A stretch of DNA of 63,707 nucleotides, counting the filler. It is 6 parts of 6 records of this genome, joined end to end, with 100 filler letters (N's around TTAATTAATTAA, not from the genome) between each part and the next. Parts side by side here need not be neighbours in the genome. Positions count along the whole stretch, not along the records: positions 8,842 to 24,944 come from SRR31147125_14153; 5 more parts are not named here. One strand, written 5' to 3'. The first letter of the stretch is position 1. Each line of letters begins with the position of its first letter. Under the pieces are notes generated by a model, which was given only the letters and a program-made list of their open reading frames with translations, ran no database searches and was not told the origin of the DNA. Made by a program: the position numbers and the translations under genes. Shown here piece after piece: positions 10,113 to 19,592 of the stretch.

Positions 10113-11063
10113 TTGAAAAAAATAGTTAAAAAGGGATCTAGGCCAAAAACTAGAGTGCTTAATGTACAGGAAGATTCAGCTTTAATGGAGTTTTTATTAG
10201 AAAAGTTAGATGGAAAAAGTAGAAATAACGTAAAAAGATTATTAGGTGAAAGACAGGTTCTAGTAAATGGAGCAATTCAAACTCACTTTAAAACACCATT
10301 AGCAAAAGGCGATAAAGTAGAGATACTATTTGGAAAAGTAAGAGGGCAAGATATCAAGGGTCTTAAAATAGTATTTGAAGACGAAGATATCATAGTTGTT
10401 GACAAAGAATCAGGTCTGTTATCAATGGCAACTGACAAAGAGAGAAATAAAACAGCATACGAGATGCTAAAAAATCACGTAAAAGCTAGAGATGCTGAGA
10501 ATAAAATATTCATAGTACATAGATTAGACAGAGATACATCTGGTGTAATGATATTTGCTAAAAATGCAGAGATGCAACAGAAATTACAATCAAACTGGTC
10601 TGACATAGTTAGAGAGAGAACATATGTAGCAGTTGTAGAGGGAAAAGTTAAGAAGGATAAAGACACTATAACTTCTTACTTAAAAGAAAACTCGGCATTT
10701 GTTAGTTTCTCAAGTGATGTACCTGTAGAGGGTGGAAAACTAGCTGTGAGTAATTATAAGGTAGTAAAGAGAAGTCCAGCATTTACAATGGTAGAGGTAA
10801 AACTAGATACAGGAAGAAAGAACCAAATCCGTGTACATATGAAGGAGTTAGGTCATCCAATAATTGGTGACTCGAAATATGGTTCAAGTAAAGATCCAAT
10901 TAGAAGATTAGGACTTCACGCGAAAAATATTATATTCAAACATCCGGCTACTGGAAAAATAATTGAATTTGCATCTCCTGTACCTGTTAGATTTAATGAG
11001 ATGTTTAAAAGTACTAAAAATAAGACTAAAACTAAGAAAAAAAGAGATAGATTTTTTACATAA
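10113..11063 (+). CDS. RluA/RluD-family RNA pseudouridine synthase with S4-like N-terminus
   Basis: VHRLDRDTSG catalytic motif, TGRKNQIRVH, HPIIGDSKYG; GGGAGG RBS before a TTG start. Confidence 0.93.
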   Translation: MKKIVKKGSRPKTRVLNVQEDSALMEFLLEKLDGKSRNNVKRLLGERQVLVNGAIQTHFKTPLAKGDKVEILFGKVRGQDIKGLKIVFEDEDIIVVDKESGLLSMATDKERNKTAYEMLKNHVKARDAENKIFIVHRLDRDTSGVMIFAKNAEMQQKLQSNWSDIVRERTYVAVVEGKVKKDKDTITSYLKENSAFVSFSSDVPVEGGKLAVSNYKVVKRSPAFTMVEVKLDTGRKNQIRVHMKELGHPIIGDSKYGSSKDPIRRLGLHAKNIIFKHPATGKIIEFASPVPVRFNEMFKSTKNKTKTKKKRDRFFT

Positions 11064-11065
11064 AC

Positions 11066-11102
11066 AAAGGCTGTAATCCAAGATGATGGATTACAGCCTT
11101 TT
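11066..11102. terminator. Bidirectional terminator between convergent genes
   Basis: aaaggctgtaatcca-agatga-tggattacagcctttt. Confidence 0.8.
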
Positions 11103-11118
11103 AAATTTTCCAAGATAT

Positions 11119-11886
11119 TTATATTTGTTCTTCGACTATAACTTCCATGGCCTGATTGTCGTTAAATGGAATAGAAGCTAGTTTGATAAGGGTAACTGCC
11201 ATAATTATTTTTACAAAGGGACTAGTAATTAGACCTAAGAGATTGATGGTTTTAAAAATTGTAATATTAGAGGTGAAATTCTTTAAGATCATTCCAGAAT
11301 ACCCTATTATATTATATGGTAAAAGTATAAAAAATACTTTGTCAAAATTTCCTTTAACTAAATTGGAACTTAAATCAAAAAGTTCTTGTTTTTCTCCTAA
11401 CACAATTGGAATTAATGGAGCAAAAGCAAATTTAGCCTGAATTAATAAAAGAAGTACTAAAGCAGAAATTTGGCTTACTGATCTTTGAATGGGAGATTTA
11501 TTAAGAAAGCTCGCAATAAGAATGATAATAGGAATAATCCCAATTAATCCAAGTTTAATATAATTAACAAAATAGTTCCAAATAAATGACCTACATTTAG
11601 CGAATAAATTTGATAGAACAAATTTCTCTTTAGAAGAAATATTTCGAATGCATTGAAGCACAGTAACACTGATTAATCCATTTATAATAGGAATTACTAT
11701 TACAACTAGCAACGTAATATAGATATTCGTTCTGTCCCCTGTTTTCCGTAGCTCCTTTACAAAATCATAGAAATAATTTAGTAAAAAAGATATTCCAATA
11801 AGAAGCAAAAGCGCTATATTTCCTTTTACATAATTAAATGTTGTAGCATAAATGTCCCTAACACTAATCTTGTTTTCTTTGTTCAT
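11119..11886 (-). CDS. Hypothetical multi-pass membrane protein
   Basis: 255-aa ORF with about 6 hydrophobic segments and an upstream RBS-like GGGGA/CAGGG. Confidence 0.7.
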   Translation of the reverse strand: MNKENKISVRDIYATTFNYVKGNIALLLLIGISFLLNYFYDFVKELRKTGDRTNIYITLLVVIVIPIINGLISVTVLQCIRNISSKEKFVLSNLFAKCRSFIWNYFVNYIKLGLIGIIPIIILIASFLNKSPIQRSVSQISALVLLLLIQAKFAFAPLIPIVLGEKQELFDLSSNLVKGNFDKVFFILLPYNIIGYSGMILKNFTSNITIFKTINLLGLITSPFVKIIMAVTLIKLASIPFNDNQAMEVIVEEQI

Positions 11887-12142
11887 TTTCCCTGTCCCCT
11901 TTTGTATTGTTTATTATGTTGATTTGTTTAAATTTTCCCTTAATCGTACTAATCTACTTATTTTAATACCTGTTCAAAATTCCCTGAATAAAATTAGTTT
12001 TATTTTCACAATATTTTGCACTATTAAATTTATGAGCTTTTGCTAACTCAAACTTAAGTTAGGAATATTTATCCCTTGTTTCAAGATTTGTGAGTAAGCA
12101 CTCACGTAATGCAATATGCTCCTGAAATTTGAGCTTTTGTAT

Positions 12143-13122
12143 TTATATTTGTTTTTTTATTATAATCTCTAGTTTGTCTTTATTTGCAACTAGTTTAATT
12201 CTCCCACCTATAGGAAGAGTGACCATAGGCATTGTATGTCCAAAATCTAATCCTGCTACAATAGGAATATTTAATGGTTTTAGGTTTCTTTCTATCATTT
12301 TTTTAATATCTCCAAATGATATCTTACTGTTACTTTCAAAGCGCCCAAACAAAATTCCAATTATATTTTTTGAATTTTCTTGATAATACAATGACTTAAA
12401 TAATCGCTCTAGATTAATTAAACTAGTTTCATTATCTTCAATAATTAATATAGTATTTTGGGGTATCAATAGATATTTCGTTCCAAAGAGCAAAGACAGT
12501 GTGCTTAAATGCCCACCTATAATTTGTCCTTCTGCTTCTCCCTCATTTATAATTGAATAACCTTCGTTTTCATAAAACTCCCTATTCTCTTGGTCAAAAT
12601 ACCATTGGTCTTCACTCCAAAGTTTTGAAGGGATAAGTTTATATTCTTCAGCTTCTAGAAAATTTTTAGATAAATACTCTAGAATATACTCACTATTTTT
12701 TATCATTCCTAAAATTGAAAAATTAGGTCCATAATATGTGACTAAATTACTTTTAGCATATATTGCATTACATAAAGTTGTAATGTCTGAAAACCCACAA
12801 AAAATTTTAGGATTATTTCGAATTAAATTATAATCAATTTTATTAAGTAACTCAATTGAATTACTCCCCCTCTTGATGCAAAAATAGCCTTAACTTTCTT
12901 ATCCGAAAAAGCCTCATGAAGGTCATAGATCTTTTCCTCTATAGAAATATCTCTATTTTTATTATCACTTTTATAGTATTTTGAATATGTAACATTGAAG
13001 CCTAGTGCTTTGAGCTTATTTTCAGCTTCTTCAAGAATATCATCGGATATAAATTCTAAACTTCCTGATGGAGAAATAATTCTAATTTCATCTCCAATTT
13101 TTATTTTTGTAGGTAGTGGCAT
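12143..13122 (-). CDS. S66-family (LD-carboxypeptidase/MccF-like) peptidase, split by a frameshift at C5 12866-12870
   Basis: Adding one G restores SRGGSNSIELLNKIDYNLIRNNPKIFCGFSDIT. The Ser-Glu-His triad is in FSDIT, IIEDN and DFGHT. Confidence 0.85.
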
Positions 13123-13152
13123 AAGTCCTCCTAGTATTTAAGTGTTTTTGTT

Positions 13153-13628
13153 CTATTGTTGAGTATCTTTATTCTCCTTTTTCTTTGAGGTAGAGTAAAA
13201 TAAATGATATATGATTATTGTTCCTGTAATTATAACAAAAAATATAGTGGGAATGCTAGTGTTGAAATTGTGCAATTCATTTAATGCAATTTTGATTATT
13301 TGGTTTTCTAATATAAACATCATAAATGTGATCTCAAATATTACTACAGAGTACATTTCATTTGTTTTTTCTTTTGACTTTAATTTTGGTAGTACGAAAT
13401 TATTATCATTAAGGTTCTGGATAAGGTACGCAGTGCCTGTAATAAAGCCAAGTAAAAGATGATATAGTAAGAAAAAAATTTATGAGCATTTAAACTGGGC
13501 GTACCGTCAGCATTAAATCTCACAGGTAAATTAGTAGGAAGTTTAGCCCAGAATATAGCTATGTATATGGTCATTGCTATAAAAATAGATACTGATAAAG
13601 TTAAAAATATCTTTTTCTTATTAATCAT
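13153..13628 (-). CDS. DUF1648/SdpI-like membrane protein, split by a frameshift at the A7 run near 13472-13478
   Basis: LPTNLPVRFNADGTP motif; adding one T joins the two ORFs in frame (KFFFLLYHLLLG...EMYSVVIFE). Confidence 0.7.
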
Positions 13629-13718
13629 CCTTGATTCCTCCGACTCCTATTTGTCAAAGCAATTTATGTAATAGTTTTCTGCTAATTTATTTACTATGAC
13701 GAGATAAATATTGATATT

Positions 13719-14206
13719 TTAATCCTGCTTATATACGAAATGTACAATTTCATCAGGTAATGAAATCAAGTACTCTTTGATATTAGTTGGGTAAATAAGA
13801 ATGTTATCTAACTCCGCTAGAGGCACCCATATGAAGTCTAAATCAACAGTTTTATTATCAAAACTATCTCTTGATTCAAATGTGCCCTCAAGAGGAATTT
13901 GATTTTCATCGATCAATGAATGTAATACATGTTAACTTGCTGGCATGGTTTCGTCCCCCATGGAAAGAAGTTTTCTCCCACTAATACTAATCTATTTATT
14001 CTAATATCTGCATTAATTTCCTCTTTGAATTCTCTAATAAGTGTTTCTTCACTGGTTTCACCGAAATCTACATGTCCTCCAGGGATAGAGTAGCCAATAT
14101 CACCTTTAGGACGTTGAAGTAATACTTTTTCGTCTCTTATCAATATGCCTGCAACTCGGTAAGAGAATACAAAATCATCTGTTTTAAATATAATATCTCT
14201 GCTCAA
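13719..14206 (-). CDS. NUDIX hydrolase, split by a frameshift near 13920
   Basis: Nudix box GGHVDFGETSEETLIREFKEE; GGAGG RBS before TTG at 14206; adding one T joins to ISLIDENQIP... Confidence 0.85.
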
Positions 14207-14240
14207 AATAACCTCCATAGGTTTATGTAATTTATTAATA

Positions 14241-15316
14241 TTACTCTTTAACTTCAAATTGTTCTGTAGCTGGTCGATTCTTCCATACCCTTCCATTTGA
14301 ACGATAAAATTTTCTCACAATCGAACCATCAAACTTAGTGTAATCAACCATAAAAACTTGTCCTTCTTCGATGAGCATAGGGTAACTATAATATGATAAG
14401 ACATTTTTTATTTTTTTATTGTTCCTAAAATCCTCATAGGCTTCTTCAATTCTCCAGAAATTCCTATATTTATAATCTTTCAGGTTTTTTAAATTCTTTT
14501 GACCGAAATATGAAGTTTGATATTCTTTACCACCGATTTCTATAGTGTCTATTCTGGATGGTTCTATATCTTTAACTAAATAACTTAAATCTTCAGAATG
14601 GATGTTGTCAGAATATCTTTTTTGAAGTTGAGTAGCCATATTAGGGACATTACCTGTATAATCTATAGAGTTTAATCTAGTATGAGCTCCTCCATAAACA
14701 GCCATGACATTTTCGTTGCCCAATGTATCTATCTCTCGAATAAAGTTTTCAACCATTCTATTTTCTCGATAACCACTATTTTGTGTTCTATAAAAAGCTT
14801 TTCCTTGTTCAATGTTTTCTTTTGTAAGTTTGTACTGCTCTGAGCCACCAAGGTTATTATCCTCAAGGTAAGTTAAATATTCTTGCCCTGTTGTATCATA
14901 TTGGTGCCCAACATCTGTTCCGTGAAATATAGTTTCAGGGCACTGTTCTTTTATTTTTTTATAATACTCCTTAACCATTAGGTGATGTGCCATTGTGCCT
15001 TCTAAATTATCATAAACCATATTTAGAATATCATCACTATCTGTCTTCATCCATAAGTTAAGAAATTTACCTGTGAAATAAGGTTGCTCAATGAATAAGT
15101 GTCTTATTCCAGATTTATGGTAATAGTCAGACCATAGTTCAAATTTTCTATTCATAATTTTTGTACACTATGTAGCTCCCCGTACATATATATATGACCA
15201 CTGTACTGAGTTGCTTCAGTTGGGATAGTTGCAACAGGTTCTTTATTTGAACAGGCTGCAAATAGAAGTATAATAGTAATTCCAAATATTAAATTAATAG
15301 CGTTTCCCTTTCTCAT
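14241..15316 (-). CDS. Lipoprotein with an EreA/ChaN/TraB-like hydrolase fold; frameshift at T5 near 15158-15162
   Basis: ATG 15316 after AGGAG gives a signal peptide with LFAAC lipobox, then IYMYGELH. Adding one A joins ORF 14241-15155 (HLFIE, FHGTDVGH, VYGGAH). Confidence 0.65.
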
Positions 15317-15425
15317 TCCCTAAATCTCCTTATGTATTATTTAATTTTGCTACTTCAAAAACAGAATCTTCATGTTCACAACTAAGTTACCTACAATATC
15401 CATCAACGCCAGACATTACATAGAT

Positions 15426-15710
15426 TTAGGCTCTCTTCATCGCGTTTTTTATCATATAGGCTAATAAACATTTGATACCTCCGATATATAAACTATTTAG
15501 GGCCTTTGACTTTGGTATAGTTGGTGAGATAACAATACAAAATCCAAGTGCTATACCAACTGGAATTCTTAACACTGGTTCTCTTAATCCGAAGAATTTA
15601 TTAATAAATTGAGCAAAAATCTGAAGGTGTACAGCAATAATAAACCATATAATTACCTTTGCAGTCTGACTGGTAATTTTTCCAAATCTTTTTTCGTTTT
15701 TCTTTTTCAT
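15426..15710 (-). CDS. Small hypothetical membrane protein
   Basis: 94-aa ORF with hydrophobic stretches and an AAAGGGG RBS. Confidence 0.55.
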   Translation of the reverse strand: MKKKNEKRFGKITSQTAKVIIWFIIAVHLQIFAQFINKFFGLREPVLRIPVGIALGFCIVISPTIPKSKALNSLYIGGIKCLLAYMIKNAMKRA

Positions 15711-15900
15711 AATTTCCCCTTTCTAGTCCCTTCAGTTATACTACACCATTTTAAATTATAAATCTTTATTTTTAGAAAACCCTTAAAGTGTAAAATGTAA
15801 ATTTGATGGAAGAAGATAACTAATAGTTATTGATTAGTTAATAGAAACTTGAACCTAAAGAAGATTGATATTTAGAGGTATGAAATTTAAAAAAACAAGA

Positions 15901-15929
15901 TTGACTGATCAGTCTAGTGGTGGTATACT
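15901..15929 (+). promoter_or_regulatory. Sigma70 promoter overlapped by the perfect palindrome GACTGATCAGTC (candidate TetR operator)
   Basis: TTGACT (15901-15906), 17-nt spacer, TG-n-TATACT (15924-15929); palindrome at 15903-15914. Confidence 0.75.
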
Positions 15930-15982
15930 TAATCATAAGATAAGAGTAGTGGCTTGTTATTTAATTGATTAAGGAGGAGGAA

Positions 15983-17455
15983 ATGAGTTCAAAAGCAGCT
16001 TTAAATGATAAAAATAAAAAGTATGTAGGCCAAAGCTTAAATATGAATACTAGACTTAATGTTGGAGAATTAAATCTAGAGATAGAATTGAAGATGCTAA
16101 GGAAGTTATACACAGGGAATGCCTACCCTAGTTTGGCTGAAAGACAGTTGGTTCTAGCAAATATAAAAAAGATACTAATAGAAAATCATGAGATTTTTTC
16201 GAATGCGCTAAGTAAAGATTATGGTTATCGAAGTGAGTTCGATTCATTTGTATCTGACTTTATACCAGTTATCAGTTATGTTAAATATATAAGTAAAAAA
16301 ATAAAGAAATGGATGAAAAAAGAAAAACGACATACACCGTTAATGTTAATTCCATCAAATATCGAAGTTAGATATCAGCCCTTAGGCGTTGTTGGCGTTG
16401 TGGTTCCTTGGAATTTTCCAATAAACCTAGCACTTAGTCCGGCTATAAGCGCTATTGGTGCAGGTAATAAAGTAATGGTTAAGATGAGTGAATTTACACC
16501 ATATACCAATAGAGAGCTGATAAAGGCATTTGAACCACTGAAAGATCATATTAGGTTTTATGAAGGAGAGGTAGAGGTGGCCTCTAAATTCACAAGTCTC
16601 CCATTTGATCATTTATTATTCACAGGTTCAACAAATGTAGGAAGAATAGTCGCAAAAGCAGCAGCACAAAATCTAACTCCAATTACTCTTGAGCTTGGAG
16701 GAAAATCACCGATCATTATCACTCAAAATGCTAATCTAGATATAGCCATTGATAACATAATACTGGGGAAAACTCTTAACTCAGGGCAGATATGTGTTGC
16801 TCCCGACTATCTATTTATTCATAGTTCATTACATGACCGATTTATCAAACTATTTGTTAGTAAAGTTATAACAATTTATAGTGAGAGTCAGGAAGATGAT
16901 CTTACCCATATTATTAGTAAACATCACTATGATAGATTGACTAGTTATATAGAGGATGCAAAATCAAAAGGAGCAAAAGTAATTAAAACAATAGAACTAA
17001 CGAAGTCTGAGAAATTAACAAGACTATATCCAACACTTGTTACAGATGTAAGTGATGATATGAAAATCATGCAGGAGGAGATTTTCGGCTCTCTATTACC
17101 TGTAATGTGTTATAATGATTTGGCTGAAGTATATGACTATATTCAAAAAAAACCAAGACCATTGGCACTATATATTATGTCCAATAATAGAGCTGAGGCT
17201 GATGAGATTATAGATGAAACCCATAGTGGAGGAGTTTGCGTAAATGACACCATTGTGCATGTTGGTGCAGACGATGCTCCTTTTGGTGGGATTGGTGATT
17301 CCGGAATGGGTCAATATCATGGACGAGAAGGATTTTTAACTTTCTCAAAGGTGAAAACAGTGGTTCTATCATCAGGGATTATCCCTAAAAATAGAATATT
17401 GATGAGAAATAAAGATCTAGTATTAAAATTACTTAAAAGGGTGTATTTGCGATGA
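15983..17455 (+). CDS. Aldehyde dehydrogenase (ALDH3/coniferyl-aldehyde dehydrogenase-like)
   Basis: PWNFP, FTGS, LELGGKSP, NSGQICVAPDY, EEIFG, PFGGIGDSGMG; AAGGAGG RBS. Confidence 0.92.
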   Translation: MSSKAALNDKNKKYVGQSLNMNTRLNVGELNLEIELKMLRKLYTGNAYPSLAERQLVLANIKKILIENHEIFSNALSKDYGYRSEFDSFVSDFIPVISYVKYISKKIKKWMKKEKRHTPLMLIPSNIEVRYQPLGVVGVVVPWNFPINLALSPAISAIGAGNKVMVKMSEFTPYTNRELIKAFEPLKDHIRFYEGEVEVASKFTSLPFDHLLFTGSTNVGRIVAKAAAQNLTPITLELGGKSPIIITQNANLDIAIDNIILGKTLNSGQICVAPDYLFIHSSLHDRFIKLFVSKVITIYSESQEDDLTHIISKHHYDRLTSYIEDAKSKGAKVIKTIELTKSEKLTRLYPTLVTDVSDDMKIMQEEIFGSLLPVMCYNDLAEVYDYIQKKPRPLALYIMSNNRAEADEIIDETHSGGVCVNDTIVHVGADDAPFGGIGDSGMGQYHGREGFLTFSKVKTVVLSSGIIPKNRILMRNKDLVLKLLKRVYLR

Positions 17456-18012
17456 ATGATAAAAAAGAAAGAATTATTGCAGCGGCATTGGAACTGTTTA
17501 CGGAGAAGGGGATTGACTCAACTTCTACTGCGTCTATTGCAAAAAAAGCAGGTATTGGAACAGGAACGTTGTTTCATTATTTCAGTAATAAAGAAGCACT
17601 TGTACATGAATGTTTTGCATCTATTAAGATGAAAATACGTGAAACTTTATTGGAAATTCAATCAGAAGATAATCCTGATCTACCTGAAAACTACTGGCGA
17701 GCTACAATAAATTGGTATTTGGAAAATAGGAATGAAATGACTTTTTTGTGTATCTATCAAAATGATCCAAAAGTTAATAATGGAAAGAGTCTCTCTGTAA
17801 TAACAGGCTTATCTGACTATATAATTGAATTTTTTAGAATGAGAAAAGAGCAAGGTAATATTAGGGATTTTTCACCGGAATATATGCTTCTACTAGCCCA
17901 TAACTCCACAATGTTAGCAGCACAATATCTTATAGAAAATCCTGAAACTGATAAAGAATATTTTATTAAACAGAGTTTAGAGTTGTTTTGGAATGGTATT
18001 AGAGTTAAGTAG
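17452..18012 (+). CDS. TetR/AcrR-family transcriptional regulator
   Basis: N-terminal HTH (IIAAALELFTEKG...IAKKAGIGTGTLFHYFSNKEAL); ATGA overlap with the ALDH gene. Confidence 0.93.
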   Translation: MNDKKERIIAAALELFTEKGIDSTSTASIAKKAGIGTGTLFHYFSNKEALVHECFASIKMKIRETLLEIQSEDNPDLPENYWRATINWYLENRNEMTFLCIYQNDPKVNNGKSLSVITGLSDYIIEFFRMRKEQGNIRDFSPEYMLLLAHNSTMLAAQYLIENPETDKEYFIKQSLELFWNGIRVK

Positions 18013-18063
18013 AACAAACAAAACCCTCAAGCCTAAAAGCTTGAGGGTTTTGTTTGTTCTACT
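18008..18063. terminator. Bidirectional terminator with a 25-bp perfect stem
   Basis: agtagaacaaacaaaaccctcaagc-ctaaaa-gcttgagggttttgtttgttctact between convergent genes. Confidence 0.8.
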
Positions 18064-18158
18064 ATAGGAAAGTATAGATTTACTAAGTTTTGTGTGAAAA
18101 CTTAAATAATATTTACACTCAAAAAGTTAGACTTTCTTTTGAACTTTATTATTTCAAG

Positions 18159-19418
18159 TTACTCAGTACTTTGATAGACATGATTTCGTCTAACACTTAT
18201 ATACGAGAAGAGAATAATTGAGATTATTCCACCAGAGATAGGCAGAGCATAACTTGGTAATTTATCTAATAACAGACCTGATAAAATCAGACCAATGGGA
18301 CTTATTATTTTAGCTCCCATAATTGAGATACTGATTACTCGTCCTCTCAGTTCACTGGGTACCTCAGATTGGAGAAAATACATGATCGGTATATCGATGA
18401 AAGCAACGACTATTCCCACTGCAAACATCAAACTGGAGTAATACACAAGATACCCTGTAGTTTCCAAACTAATAAAGTTAGTAAAAACGGGAAGACCGAT
18501 AGCTATCAGAATCAAAGATAATGTGATTTGTGCTGATTTAGGAGGTCTTATAGATCGAGCCTTATTCATAGCATAATTAGTTGCGCCAGCACCTATCAAT
18601 ATTCCTATTGGAAAGAAGCTCTCCACAACTCCATAGACTTTTGGATCTAGTTGCAAGACTTGGTTAAGGATATAAGGCAAAGGAACTATGATAGATAAAG
18701 ACATCAAAAAATTCATTGCAGTTAGTAAATATATAGTTAGAGTCAACTCTTGATTTGTCTTGATATATTTAACACCCTCCATTAACTCCTCTATAAAATT
18801 GAATGAACTTTTTTGTTTCTCAATATTCTTTTTATTTAAATTAAAATCAATTAAACTTTCAAAGATAGCTGATATAAAAAATGAAATTCCGTTTATCAAT
18901 ATTAACAACCTAATATCAATTAAAACAAATATAATTCCACCTATTACAGGACCTCCTATTCTTCCGATTGAACCGACAGCTTTGCTTACTACATTTATTT
19001 TTATCAGACTATCGTCACTTACCAACCTGGGTTTTGCAGCATCAAATGTAACCTCAAATACTGTGGTTAATCCAGTAGTTAAAAATGTACTGGTGTATAT
19101 GATCGATAGGTTTAATCCTTTGTATTTGTCGATAAAAAATAGAACAATAAACATTATCCCGTTTAATAGATCCATTGTAATAATCAGATTTTTCTTCTTA
19201 AACCTATCTGCCATAACTCCAGCTATTGGGTTAAATATTAGTGTAGCTAAAATTCCTGACATCAGTGTAATTGAAAAATTCATTCCAGAATTTGTCAGTT
19301 TTAAGACATATAGTCCCATTGTGAAGGTGTAAATTGTTGAGCCTAAAACTGATATTAACGTTCCTCCGGAAAAAAGTGAAATATTCAGTTTTTCCCCTTT
19401 TAAAGCATTCATTGACAT
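18159..19418 (-). CDS. MFS transporter (DHA3/macrolide-efflux-like)
   Basis: About 12 TM segments, motif A (GVMADRFKKK), and QSEVPSELRGRV. Confidence 0.88.
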   Translation of the reverse strand: MSMNALKGEKLNISLFSGGTLISVLGSTIYTFTMGLYVLKLTNSGMNFSITLMSGILATLIFNPIAGVMADRFKKKNLIITMDLLNGIMFIVLFFIDKYKGLNLSIIYTSTFLTTGLTTVFEVTFDAAKPRLVSDDSLIKINVVSKAVGSIGRIGGPVIGGIIFVLIDIRLLILINGISFFISAIFESLIDFNLNKKNIEKQKSSFNFIEELMEGVKYIKTNQELTLTIYLLTAMNFLMSLSIIVPLPYILNQVLQLDPKVYGVVESFFPIGILIGAGATNYAMNKARSIRPPKSAQITLSLILIAIGLPVFTNFISLETTGYLVYYSSLMFAVGIVVAFIDIPIMYFLQSEVPSELRGRVISISIMGAKIISPIGLILSGLLLDKLPSYALPISGGIISIILFSYISVRRNHVYQSTE

Positions 19419-19515
19419 TTTATCACTCCCATTAGTTTAGAATATTTCTATTGCAAAACTCCTTAGTTGATTCTGTTTAATGTGTAAATAAGCAAGAGTT
19501 TGTTTAGTTATAGAG

Positions 19516-19546
19516 ATGATACAATGTCGTCTACTCCTCATGTCAA
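19516..19546 (-). promoter_or_regulatory. MerR-type promoter (19-bp spacer) for the MFS gene
   Basis: Minus strand: TTGACA, 19 nt, TATCAT, with a partial dyad (ATG...CAT) in the spacer. Confidence 0.7.
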
Positions 19547-19592
19547 TAAGGTTTAGATTGTTATTTTGGGTAAAATATAAAAAAAGGTCGGG

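Noticed and set aside
12143-15316. Cluster of pseudogenes (four consecutive frameshifted genes)
   Set aside because: Each is repaired by one base in a homopolymer with catalytic motifs intact; the same pattern affects core genes in other contigs.
11119-15710. Integron cassette array
   Set aside because: No integrase, and no shared attC-like palindromes seen in the intergenic spacers.
18760-19332. Longer antisense or shadow ORFs (for example 18760-19332, 26731-27273, 42838-43312, 59525-59905)
   Set aside because: They lie opposite well-supported genes, lack RBS and recognisable motifs, and reflect codon bias of the sense strand.
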